Of a stretch of DNA of 64,000 nt, positions 13,461 to 25,399 are shown one piece after another (positions within the stretch are counted from its first letter, which is position 1; the number at the start of each line of letters is the position of its first letter). The position numbers were made by a program, and so were the translations under genes. The stretch lies in assembly GCA_904063045.1 (NCBI GenBank), contig CAJFCJ010000016.1, forward strand, positions 248,001-312,000. The letters are read 5' to 3'. The stretch is from Dimorphilus gyrociliatus. Lineage: Eukaryota > Animalia > Annelida. Below the pieces are notes generated by a model. It made no database searches and was not told where the DNA came from. It saw nothing but the letters and a program-made list of their open reading frames with translations.

Positions 13461-14866
13461 ATGAACTGTTTTTATTATCTCATAATTTTATTTCAATTAA
13501 TCTTAATAGGTAAATATCTTTATTTAATCATATTTATCATCAAGATTGTAAAATAAAAAGGATTTATCTTCGATAGTATCTTCACAAAATCCTACAGTAG
13601 AAATAGTAAAAACAGAGCCAGCAGCGAACAAAGGAAGAGTAATATATGCGCAAAGAGATGAAGACGTAACTATTTGGTGTTACGTTGAAAATTTAAGGCC
13701 TCTGACTAAAGTTAGATATCAAAAGACGTCCAAATCTCCTACTGGAAAAGTTCAGTTAATAGACATTTCTGAAAATGAAAGACCAAAGGATAACACTAAA
13801 TACGGTAATGTTTTCTTAGGTATAATAGATTTAAACTGACTTTAATTAAATGTTCTTTCAGCAATTGAAAAACCAAAAGATTTTACCTGGCGTTTAAGAA
13901 TAAAATCTACTCAAACGCACGATTCCGGAGTTTATTCATGCTACATAAGAATTTCAGAATATAAGTCGGAATTTTCAAATGTTACACTTATTGTATTTTG
14001 TAAGTTATTGGTGGTAGTCTACTTGACAAAATCCTAAAAATTTTCTCTTCCTATTTAGCTAAACCAACTTTTGTTGATCATAAAACAACTTCTGATGCCG
14101 AATATAAAAAGGATGAGCACGTTAAATTACAATGTACAACTGAAGGTGATCCTAAACCATATATTGAATGGACTAGAGTTGGTAATGCTCTTCTACCGAT
14201 AGGAAGAGAAAGGTCTGAGGTAAGTTTCCCACACCCTAAAATATTTAAGAGTTTAGAATGAAAGTGATCATTCACGCCTTGCAGAATCCGGTTCTTGATA
14301 TTTCAAGGATACAACCGCAAGATAGAGGATTGTACAGATGTAGATCTTGGAATATGATGGGAGAAATATCCAGACAAATAGCTGTAGGAGTATTATTTCC
14401 CCCAGTTATAGAAGCTTCATATTCTATAGTAAAACAAACAGAGGGTTACCTTATCGAATTACAATGCTTAGTCGAAGTTAATCCTTCACCCACGACGGCT
14501 TATTGGTTAAAAGAAGATGGGGAAATAATTGCACGGTCTAATGGAAGGTTTGAGAAACTTTATTTGAATAAAAAACGCATTTTATTCATTTTCTCTGTCT
14601 TATTCAGATACGCAGTAAATACTTTCAAAGGAGCATTTGGTCACTACACTATTGAACTCGTTATTAATGGAGTAAAAAGTACAGACTACGGAAGTTATAG
14701 TTGTTACGTTACTAACGTTATTGGCACAGAGCACCAAAGTGTTACTTTAATTAGATCTGATGTACCGATGCCTTCTTTTAAACAGGGAAAAATAATCTCT
14801 TCAAGTTCAATGATAAAATCTTCTTATTTTATTATGATACCCTTGTTTTTATGTACTTTTTTATAG
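13461..14866 (+). CDS. Lachesin/IgLON-like cell-surface protein with three Ig domains, likely GPI-anchored
   Basis: Signal peptide MNCFYYLIILFQLILI, three Ig domains (DSGVYSC, DRGLYRC, DYGSYSC) and a hydrophobic C-terminus with no cytoplasmic tail. Confidence 0.85.
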
Positions 14867-15048
14867 TTTGTTAAGAGAAATACTCCATGGCAGAAGTAAT
14901 ATTGCTTTTGGTCTCCTTTTAGAGTATCAAGATTCATTTTTTTTAGCTTTAAATCTTATTAAATTAGTCTTGATTAATAAATTATCTATATTGTTTTATT
15001 TAATAATGGATATACATATTTATATTTATCTATATATTGTCTCTTTAC

Positions 15049-17426
15049 CTACCAATTTTTTGCTAAGGGATGATCTGCGGCGTAACCACCATTTTTACAA
15101 ACGGCATCAGATATATGTGCAGCGTTAGCGTCTATTTCAACTCCTGTTCCATACGACAACATATTTAATTTAACTTCGACATCTTCCAATATCGTATCCC
15201 CGTATAGGCATGCTAATCTTAATTCATGATCCGCATTTCTTAAACCAATACATAGAGACCTTGACGCTCTGGCGGCTGAGGCGCTTAGAACGAATAAAGT
15301 AGTTGATATTTCTGCTAGTCTTCCCAATTGATATTGTTGTTCAACTATTCCATTACCAAAAACAACTAAATTCTTTTCAACTAAAGACTGAAATCTCATT
15401 AATTTCTTTTCAATTTTTTCCATGAGTAGGGCAACACTAGGATGAACGTGGTTATATAACTTAAGCAAACAACGAGGATTTTCGTAAGATCTAAATGATT
15501 TGGATTTCATAAGATTCCATATTTTTTTTGGTTGATTGTAAATATCTCTTATCTTTTTCAAATCATCTTCTGAACTTCTTCCAACGTATTGAAGACTTTG
15601 TAGAGAAATAAATAATTTAGCTATATCATTTGTTCCATTAAGCATAGTTAATATTCTGCTATCCCTTATAAATCTTTCCATATTATGAGATTTAATATAG
15701 GCCTATAAAAGTAATAATTGACTGTTATAGAATAAATTTGTAAAAAGGTAAACGAGTTATACCTGTCCCCCTAAAATTTGAGTGGCGTCATGAATAAATT
15801 GGAAAGCTGTTTCTGATGAAAATAGTTTTAACATGGCTAATTCTACTGTTGCGTCGGGTTTATGATAATTGTCCAAAATTCCTGCCGTAAAATACAGAGC
15901 CGATTCAAGACAGTAAATGGATGCCGCCATCCAAGCTAATTTTTGTTGAATTAAACCATAATCCATCAGTGGCCTACCAAATTGTTGACGGCTTATTACA
16001 TGGTCAGTAACATCTTTCAAAATTCTTTTTAACATGCCACAAACTGAACCTAAAGCAAAATTACTAGAATTAAGACTATCTATAGCAATCTTGAAGCCAT
16101 CGCCAACTTCTCCAATAACATTTTCAAGTGGAACTACTGTATCTTTAAATTCAACATGTGCAATATCGCAGGCGGTTAAAGCATGTTTATTTTCTATATA
16201 ATTAGCAGTAATTCCACCAAAGTCCTTCTCAACAATAAAGGCAGTGACTATATAACAATGAAGAGTTAAAAATTATTTGTTAAAAAAACAAAACTAGTAA
16301 GATAGTAACCTTTCATCTCTTCATTAGGTAATCCAATTATTGGTGCTTTAGCGAATACAATAAATACATCCGATGAACTACCATTAGTTACCCATAATTT
16401 TTCACCATTCAGAATATAATGTGTTTTCTCTTCATTCAAGTTGGCTGTAGATTTTACAGATGCAGCATCACTTCCACTCTCTTTTTCTATAATATTTTAT
16501 AAAGTCTTATGAAAGAACTTTATTTATATGAGTAATAACAACCTGTTAAGCAAAATGAACATATTTTTTCGCCACTGGATAATGCTGACAAGTATTTTTC
16601 TTTTTGCTCCACACTTCCAAAATTAAGAATCGTTTTTAGTCCTAAATCCTAAATTAGTTAAAAATAGAAAATAGATTACTATTTATGATAACAAGACATT
16701 ATTTAATAATGCGAAACCTGGTGGGCATGAAGAGTGACTGCTATTGATGGGTCTAAACTTATTTCTTCACATATTCTAGCATATTGCAGTGGGGATAAAT
16801 CAAGACCACCTTTGTAAATACAATAAAGTTAACAGTATATAATTATACAGTATATATAAAACTGTTAAAATAAAACAAACCATATTCTTGAGGTACGTTC
16901 AGGCCAAATAATTTGTATTTTTTTAGACTCGATAGCACTCTTTCGGAGAGTTTTCCTTCTTCCTCAAGTTTCTGCCCATCTTCCTTGTAAACTGTTTATG
17001 TTTTATATACTATTTATAACTCTGAAATAACATAAAATTTTTACAAAAAACCTCTTTCAAAAAGTCTTGAAATTGGTTGGCACATAGCTTCTAAATCTTT
17101 TAACTCTTCCGTTGTCTCAAATTCAGGATATTCCAAAAGATTCTATTGAATATTATATAGTTAATTTCAATTTAAACTAAGAACCATTTAGAATAAAGAA
17201 AATATACTTTATCAAATTTTCCCATGAAAAGACCTTTTGCAAATGGAGTGTGCTGTGTTAATTTTTTCTTGGGTTTACGTTCAACAATTAAATATTCTTC
17301 GGCATCTTTGATTTCTTTTTCCATGTCTTTAACTTGATTTTGCGATGCCGTGACACTTAATGAAAAAGACTTTGAGCCTATTTTCCATGATTTACGGCAA
17401 ATATTTCTTGAGCAATAATGAAGCAT
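15049..17426 (-). CDS. ACAD9: Acyl-CoA dehydrogenase family member 9-like (complex I assembly factor); catalytic Glu absent
   Basis: Mitochondrial presequence, FCLTEKESGSDAAS, GEVGDGFKIA, RQQFG, QILGG and the VLCAD/ACAD9-type C-terminal extension ending HPL. Confidence 0.85.
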
Positions 17427-17976
17427 TCTTATTTAATTTTAACTATGAAATAACTAATCAGATGAAACTGTTAATTTCTATTTTATTCAAATTATTACGC
17501 CAGATTCATCCGGCAAGAACTTCACGTTTGTCCTTAGGTCAAGGTCGAATAAGCAAAAATATGTGTTTCAAGATAGAATATAAAGAGTTAAATTGCATTT
17601 TCATGTGATGAAGTTATTCAAGAATATATTTTTTTCTGTCAGAAAAAAACTCAATATAAAATTTCTTTTTAATAACACTTTTAACGCATACATAAAATCT
17701 ATATTTAATATCTTCCATTAAACTAGCTTTTGAGTTTGAAAAAAGTTTTTTCTATAGTGCTCCGCGACCGTATTTGTACTCATATACACCAACAAGAACG
17801 GATAGCCAGTCAAAAAGTATTTCTTGTTTTCTCAGAACAGGAAGTACGTAATCGTCAAGGTAAATCCCAACTTTTGTTGAATGACTAACCCTCACCACTT
17901 TTGGATTGTTCATAATCTTCTGACAATTTCTCATTTATCTTAGGAGGCAGTTCGAATCTATAGTCACTCTTTCACC

Positions 17977-19094
17977 ATGTTCCGTGCCGGATTGGACGTC
18001 CAAAAATTAAAAACCAATCTTCGCCTCTGTATAAATAGGTTGAAGATGCTGGAGAAAAAGAAAACAGAACTAGCCGTTAAAGCTAGAAGGGAAATTGCCG
18101 ACTATCTGCAAGCTGGAAAAGATGATAGAGCCAAGATTCGGGTAGAACACATTATCCGTGAAGATTACTTGGTCGAGGCAATGGAAATAATTGAAATGTA
18201 TTGTGATTTGTTGTTAGCCAGAATGGGGTTAATAGATAGCCAGAAACATATCGACGAGGGTCTTGAAGAGCCGATCGCGACAATAATTTGGGTCTCACCA
18301 AGACTTGAAGCTGAAGTTCCCGAATTAAAAATGGTTGTAAATCAGTTCTCAAAAAAGTATGGCAAGGAATGGGTAATGGCTTCTAGAGCAAATGAATTTC
18401 AAAAAACTAATCCAAAAGTAGAGCATAAGTTGTCTGTTAAAGCACCCGATCCTAACTTGGTTGATAGATATCTCATTGAAATTGCTAAAACTTACAACAT
18501 TCATTATGAACCAAGTCCTGGATTACCTGACATAGAAGTTATGAAAGCAGAAGATTTACTAATTGATTTCAATGACAAAAAAAATCCTAGAGGAGGTGGA
18601 AACGATGGTAATCCGAGTGGTGGTGCAGGAGGAGGAAGTGGAGGTGGAGGTGGAGGTGGGGGCGGTCAAACATACCCTTTTGCATACCCTGCCACTCCTC
18701 AGCAGCCCTACGGGGCAGCCTCTCAACCACCACCTTTGCCCGTTGTTCCTCCAATGGGAGGAGCACCAGTGGCTCATGGCGGAATGCCAATGGGAATGCC
18801 GCCAATGGGACCTGGCGTTGATAATCCACCAGCACCCAGCTATGAAGAAGCCACTAAACCCAGTCAGTCACAGCCAACTGCTCCAAAAGCTGATGATGCT
18901 CTCAACTTACCGGAACTACCTAGAGTTCCAAGCAATGACCTTATTTCTGGAGGTAATTATCATCTCAATATGCTCAGCCCATTTTTATTAAATCATTTTT
19001 TCTAGGTAAAGCTGGAACACAGTCCAACGATGGAGATGATGTCGATTTCGATGATTTAACAAGAAGATTCGCAGATTTAAAGAATAAGAAATAA
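17977..19094 (+). CDS. IST1: IST1 homolog (ESCRT-III associated), 2 coding exons plus a probable 5'UTR intron
   Basis: KLKTNLRLCINRLK, RVEHIIREDY, a Pro-rich linker, the MIM2-like LPELPRVP and terminal MIM1 DFDDLTRRFADLK. Confidence 0.96.
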
Positions 19095-19317
19095 GTTTTT
19101 ATTATTTATTTTCTATTGAATGAACATCATATATGTATGTATATGGATATAACTATTGATTATCTCTGTGATTTATTTTACACAAGCTTTATCCTCGTAT
19201 TGTCTTTAAAAAAATATGACTCATTCATTTCGCAATGAATAATTGAACTAGGAACTATTTTATTTATTAAACGAAGAGTTTAAATAATTTTATAAAACAT
19301 TTACACTTGTAAGGAAT

Positions 19318-21290
19318 TCAAATCTGTTCAATCTTATCACTCTGGCCGGCTTCTTTTAAGAAATTAGACCTGTAGAGTAATCATTCAGACATTAAATAAA
19401 CGATGATTTTAAAGAAATAGATAAAAGGCTAACCAAGTAATTGGAAAATATTCTCCCACATCCGAAGTATCTAGCTTTCCTTGCTTTAATTTGGGAAAGA
19501 ACCATTGGAAAAAATGATCTATCAACTCCTAACATGAAAAGTTTAAATGAATTGAAATGGTTTGGGTTATGACTTGAATTAAAAGAATTATATTATTACC
19601 TGCCATTTTGATGTATATTGATTCTCTAAACCTAACCATTGCTGAATTTCCCTTAATCGTTTTACAGTCTATAAAATATACTGGTTAATAAATCGAAAAA
19701 CGCAAAACCGGATTGTTATACCTTTTCATGAACTTCTCTTGGATTCATTGGATTCTTTTTGTGTTTATGAAGAGCATTTCTTACCTTTTCTCTGATTGCC
19801 CGACAAATAATATACCTTTGAAAACAAATAGAATTGAGACAATACATCGAGATCTTATATTAAGATTAATCTCTACCAGGCTGTTTTCTTTTTCAGCAAG
19901 CCAAAAACCTGTCCTGATGAATCGAGGAAATAAAAAACTTTACCCTCGTATTGATAACCATTTCTAACTGCTTTAAATTGATCATCAAGCTCCTGCGGTG
20001 GAATTTCTGTATACGATACAGTATCAAAACCTAAACATTTGGCTATCTCAATTCCTATATGTGGTGGCACGCATCCCAATTGGTTATTATTTGTTAAAAG
20101 AGCATCATTAAAAGTCCAAGTAATAAACATTAGTTTAGGCCTAAGGGTAAAAATATAAATTTTTTATAGGTAGATGTGTATTAAATGATAAATAATATAA
20201 TTACTCTTTCAAGTAAGACAGATTCTCAACGTGTTGGGTTTGAGGATTAAGAATTTCGAATATACCGGTCACCCTTGCTCGAGACAAAAATTCTAAGATT
20301 CTATTAAACAAGAGTATATACGCTTTGATAATCTTATTAAATAAAAAATATATTGGAATACAAACAAGTGTTTATCATTCTTTGAAAGTTTCTTTAAGAA
20401 ATGTGCTATTGTGTATGCAACAACTTTAGCTACTGCATATCTTTGACCTTCATATTCATCAATTTGATCTATAATGAAAATATTTAATAACTTGGTACAT
20501 TTTATATTTAATGGTATTTCTTACTTGTTTCTGTAAAGTAGATGTGAACATTCTTTGAACCAGCACATATAATATGCTTTCCATTAACTTTTAGACAACT
20601 TAAATGAGCTGCTTCACCATTTGCTTTATCGGTGGCTATAATTAACGATGCTTCCTCAAGTGGCTAAAAATTATTAGATAGTATGACGGATTTGTTTAGA
20701 TCTCATTATAAACTTATTGTTACCCTTGCAAAATATCTCTGCCATATTTTTTCATCTCCTGAATCGTCAACTCTATCATCGTCGTCTCCGAGTCCACCAG
20801 TGAACTTCTTTAAAGCGAATGTTGTACATACTGGTCCTTGACTTCCCTCTACGCTTAGAAATGCATTACCCCTGGCAACCCGACTTCTTATTTCCTGATG
20901 TCGATCATAAATTTTATCGTCTGGGCCGTATTTAACAAAAACTTTTACATCAATCGCAGTTCCATTAAGTATACTATGAGGGACCTTGGTTTCGGTTAAT
21001 CGTAAATTATTGTTTTGTCTTGCCCAATTAAGCCAACTGTTACATATTTTTAAAAACGAGGTTATAAGTTATAGTTAATATAAGTTGAGAACACATAACA
21101 TTGTGCAATCAATTGAAGACTACAAAGCTTACTCTTTTGCTTCAGAAACAAGTTGATCCGCCGGTGTTTGAGATCTCTGCTTCAAAATTTCAAGATATTC
21201 GTTTATAGATGTAATATAGTTGCTTTGTTTAAGTTTTTCTTCAATAAAAGCAAAAACGTCAACACATTTTATATCACACGGCGATGCCAT
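19318..21290 (-). CDS. Putative ATP-dependent RNA ligase, T4 Rnl1/Trl1-ligase-like, 10 exons, about 460 aa
   Basis: Spliced GT-AG reconstruction shows ARG..KKF, motif I TDKANG (Lys at 20625-20627), Ia GSKN, III GIFEIL, IV YEGKV and V KKKTAWY, in the correct order. Confidence 0.72.
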
Positions 21291-21592
21291 GGTCTTTATA
21301 AAAACTCAATATCAAAATGTATTCTAAACACTAAACACGATGTCCAGACAATTGGGCGCGATATTAAAAAACGAAAGCTTAGGCCTACTAGTCAATATAA
21401 ACAACAATTTCCAAAGTATAAAATCGTAAAAGAACTCTTAAAAAAAACAGATAAATTACAAAAAAGCGCAAGTTTATTTAATGATAAGAAGATGTATGTG
21501 CAAAAAAAAAAAACCCCACTTTTTGTATCTATAAATGACGTTTAAGATCTTGAAGAAAAATTAAAAGTAAAATATAAGAAACTTAAAAAGTT

Positions 21593-22565
21593 TTAAAACA
21601 TAAACGGATAATCTGTTTGATGGGACCTTTTCATGGCGTTTTCCCTAACTTTCTCTTGTAAAATCACTTCAATAGTTTGAATTTTTCTAGCTAAAATTTC
21701 AGATTGTTGAAAAGTTAAATCTCTATCCATTTCCAACTTTAAACGAAGGTATTGACAAACTTCAGATAAAATATGGGAATTATAAAATTCTAAAGCTTCT
21801 TTATCCTCCAAATAATTACCTATTTTATATTAGAAAAATAATGTATGATTCATATATCGTTGCCTCTTTTTCTTCTTTTTAAAAAGAGAAAACAAAAAAA
21901 GGGTCTGTGTATTTACCTGAAGCAGTTTGAACATCTTCGGAATTTGTTAATTCTTTGGAGTAGCAAGATTCTGTAAATTCTGAGAATGTGATGTAGGCTG
22001 AAACTAGGTCATCTTCACTTATATCACCAAGAATACTTTTGTTATACATGTATTGTAATTTTTCTTCCCAGAAATTAGTATTAATGGTACGAATATGACA
22101 CCTTTGAACGCACCTTGAAATTTCATAAACATCCCTGGCGTTTCTGAGTTCTTTTATTACGCCTTCAATAATCTCTTTTGCTATTGTTTTTGTTCTTAAA
22201 AAATCGTATTTATATGCTGGACTGAGTTGACGAAAATCCGAATGATCCCTCCAAAGGAATTTATCTAAATCTAGAGGATCAATTTTTTCATCCTGTCTGG
22301 CTGGTAATGGAATTTCAGGTTCAGAATACGAATGGCAAGATTCTTCCTTCTGTTTGTTACAGGTTGGCTGTTCACTTTGCTTTAGGAAGAATACGCAACC
22401 GTTTCTCTGTTCCATAACATATTCACCAATATATTTATCTTTCTCTTGGTGTTGATTATCTTTAACCTCTTCATGGACCTCTTTCACCGGCTTCTTGGAA
22501 CCCTTTTTCTTGTTTTTAGGTTTGTCAGCAGGTTTAGCCTTAGGTATTGTGTGTCGCCGTCCCAT
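21593..22565 (-). CDS. Uncharacterised two-exon protein with a basic N-terminus and a predicted helical C-terminus
   Basis: The 228-codon ORF 21879-22565 splices in frame (TCAG|gtaaat...aaatag|GT) to ORF 21593-21811. No recognised domain. Confidence 0.6.
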
Positions 22566-22738
22566 AATAACTTTTTTTGTAATTTTTCTAAAATTTTATA
22601 AAACTTCTCTGGTGAAGGTCTGAAGACTGTTTGATATAACGGTATGAGTTTGAGCAGTGTCATATTGGTTGACAAGTCGATGAACTTCATTTGACTCTGT
22701 TTATTCGCTTATTTCTAATTAAGCGCCAAATAGACACC

Positions 22739-22784
22739 AACCGGTTAAATGAGCAGACCGGTTTCCTCGTCATGCTACCGGTTT
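22739..22784. promoter_or_regulatory. Cluster of three ACCGGTT Grainyhead/TFCP2-like sites in a divergent promoter
   Basis: AACCGGTT at 22739, GACCGGTT at 22756 and TACCGGTT at 22776. Confidence 0.35.
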
Positions 22785-22877
22785 TATAGTTAGTCACATG
22801 ATGATTCTTTGAGAAAAATAAACAGACGATTTTATAAACCTATTTATACATCTTGCCATCCCAGAAACAATCTAGGT

Positions 22878-23708
22878 ATGGGTTGTTGTTTCAGTAATGA
22901 TGAAAATAAGCATAGCCCCGTAAGTAACTTCAATACTATAAATAACAACTAATTTCGAGCGGCGTGTTCTTTTCGATGGAATATCAGGAAAGCGAAAGCG
23001 AAGAAAGTAGAAGGCTTTTAAGCGAAGGATCAAGTGAAAATGGGGGATTTGACACAACGTATGTATAAAAGAATTAAAATAACTGTATTAACATTCATAA
23101 CGAATTCTCTATGACAAAAAGGTATCACACAATGCAAATAGATAGCTCATCTGGTGACGAACAATCGGCTTTGCTCAAAATCGTACAAAGAACTGCAGAG
23201 TATAATTTATATTAGTATTTGTAAAGTAGCAGCTATAAAAAATCCTTTAATTTCTTTCAGCCGAGTAATTGATGTTTCTGCGATAAATAGTACTAATATG
23301 GAATATCAAGATTTAGCTGACCGAGAAAACCAATACAGGTATTTTAATCAATTATTCTATATATTTAATATTAAATCACTATTTATCTCTTGAAATATTT
23401 ATAATTTATAAAATCCTCATACTTTACAGACAAAAATTGAATTTAACCCTTAGCAGTAGCCTTCAAAAGAAAAAGATATTAACAGTTGGAATTAGAGATC
23501 CTCAAGCTGTTTTGTCTTCTCCACTTATAGATAGTAAATTCATAACTTTGGTAATTATATAATTAAATATAAATGACAATTATTTATATGCCTTTTTGTT
23601 TTACAAAATATTTAGGTTCAACAAGCGGCTTTAGCTGCTAATAATGCTGTTTCAGAAATTAAAATACAGCATAAAGAAAACTTAGTTGTTCCTTTTACAG
23701 TGCCCTGA
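22878..23708 (+). CDS. LAMTOR1: Ragulator complex protein LAMTOR1 (p18)
   Basis: N-terminal lipidation motif MGCCFS, acidic dileucine-like ESRRLL, DEQSALLKIVQRTA, RVIDVSA and C-terminal HKENLVVPFTVP*. Confidence 0.9.
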
Positions 23709-23980
23709 TGTTATTACTAACAATACTGATAATCTGACAATTTAATTACACTGCAAAAAAAAAAAAAAAATAAAGTTGAAATGTTCTAAATTTTTCAAAA
23801 CGTGTTGACTTACAACCTGTCAATTGTATTGACTAAAAATTATAAAAATATGTTGAATTGCTGAATAAATTTTGGCGAAATTTTATAAATTATATGCATT
23901 CTTAGATGTTTAATTCATTCAAATAATATTCCCTAAAATAAACGCATAACTTTGTTTCGATTTGTTCTCGAATTGTCGCA

Positions 23981-23993
23981 TACGCCCTCTATA
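23981..23993 (-). promoter_or_regulatory. CTCF-like motif upstream of PEX13
   Basis: The minus strand reads TATAGAGGGCGTA, similar to the CTCF core AGRKGGCGC. Confidence 0.25.
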
Positions 23994-24076
23994 GGGTCTA
24001 AAATTAGGATCAAGGTGAAGGTCAACTGATCAAAGTATAGAGAAATTTTGCTGTTACTTTGACCGAATTTTTAAAC

Positions 24077-25225
24077 ATGTCTGCCCCTCCAAAACCTTGG
24101 GAAGGAAGTGCTCCCACAATGGAAAATTCGTATAATCCCATTAGTTCTAATGGATTGCTGTGAGTAATTTAAATGAACAACTAGGAATTAAATTCACAAT
24201 TTCGTATTGTTCTTCAATTGCGTTAGTTCTCAAACTCCATCACAAGCTCCTCCAGTTCCTGTACGAAATCAACAAGGCTCATATTCAAGCTATAATTCTC
24301 CATATTCTTCACCTTACTCCTCGCCATATATGTCTGGTGGAATGGGACTCTCTCCATACTCATCATATTCACCATATTCGTCAATAGGCGGTGCATACGG
24401 TGGATATGGAGGATATAGAAATTATGGCCAAGGTGGCTATCCTCAAAGTAACTTTGTAAGGCAGGCAGAGGCATCCTCTCGAAATGCTTTCCAGTCGATC
24501 GAATCAGTTGTCAGCGCTTTCAGTTCCATAAGCATGATGTTGGAGTCAACTTATTCAGCTTTATATAATTCTTTTCGAGCGGTTTTGGGTGTCGCTGGTC
24601 ATCTGACTCACGTTAAAGACCAATTAACTGCAATACTATCCTCCATCGCACTTTTTAAAACATTACGATACTTATGGCGAAAACTTCAGGTGCTCCTAAA
24701 ACTAAAGCCTGAATCAACCGTAGAAGATGTGTGGAAAGAGGTCAACATTCGAAAAGCTACAGGAGATGGAAATGGTAAATCCAACTGGCCTATTATTATG
24801 TTTTTTGCTATAGTGATGGCAGGACCATGGCTTATTTGGAAGCTATTGTCATCTTTGGGGAAGAATTCAGGTAGAAAATATATTCATTTATTTATCGAAG
24901 TCACTGATTGACGTAACGATTTTTTTTATCTATAGAATCAGAGTGGCATTTAGGAAAGTCTCCACATTTTATCTGTCAGGTAAATTATGATTTTGAAGGA
25001 AGGCAAGAAGACGAAATATCCGTTAAACAAGGTGAAAAGCTACGAGTTGCCCCCCAAGAAATGCAAACTGTTCAAAACTGGTTAATATGTGCAACTCCTT
25101 CTGGAAAAATTGGCTTAGTTCCTCAAAACTATATTAAAATCATTGGAAAAGGACGAATCGAAGATGAAACTGAAGTTAAACCTCCAAGCGAAGAAAATTT
25201 GAATACAGCTTGGAAAGAAGATTGA
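24077..25225 (+). CDS. PEX13: Peroxisomal membrane protein PEX13
   Basis: MSAPPKPWE, a Y/G-rich region, AEASSRNAFQSIESVVSAFSSISMMLESTY, a TM segment WPIIMFFAIV and a C-terminal SH3 (YDFEGRQEDEISVKQGEKL...GLVPQNY). Confidence 0.96.
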
Positions 25226-25399
25226 AAATTGATTGACTCTTTTAAGACTGAAACTTAAGCAATTCTTTTCTTTTAAGTCATTTTACTATAAACAAAAAAT
25301 CAAAAGAAAAAAGACAATTTGAGATAATACTGAACAAATTCCATTGTTTACAAACTTTATTATGATTACACATTTGTCTAAGAAAGTTTAAATTAACAT

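Noticed and set aside
17752-17934. 60-aa minus-strand ORF between ACAD9 and IST1
   Set aside because: It overlaps what looks like an IST1 5'UTR exon and intron on the plus strand (caag|gtaaat...tcttag|) and has no recognisable homology.
18152-18991. Several overlapping ORFs in IST1
   Set aside because: They are off-frame or antisense readings of a Gly/Pro-rich exon.
21153-21545. 130-aa plus-strand ORF
   Set aside because: It is antisense to ligase exon 1 and its promoter, starts at TTG and has no homology.
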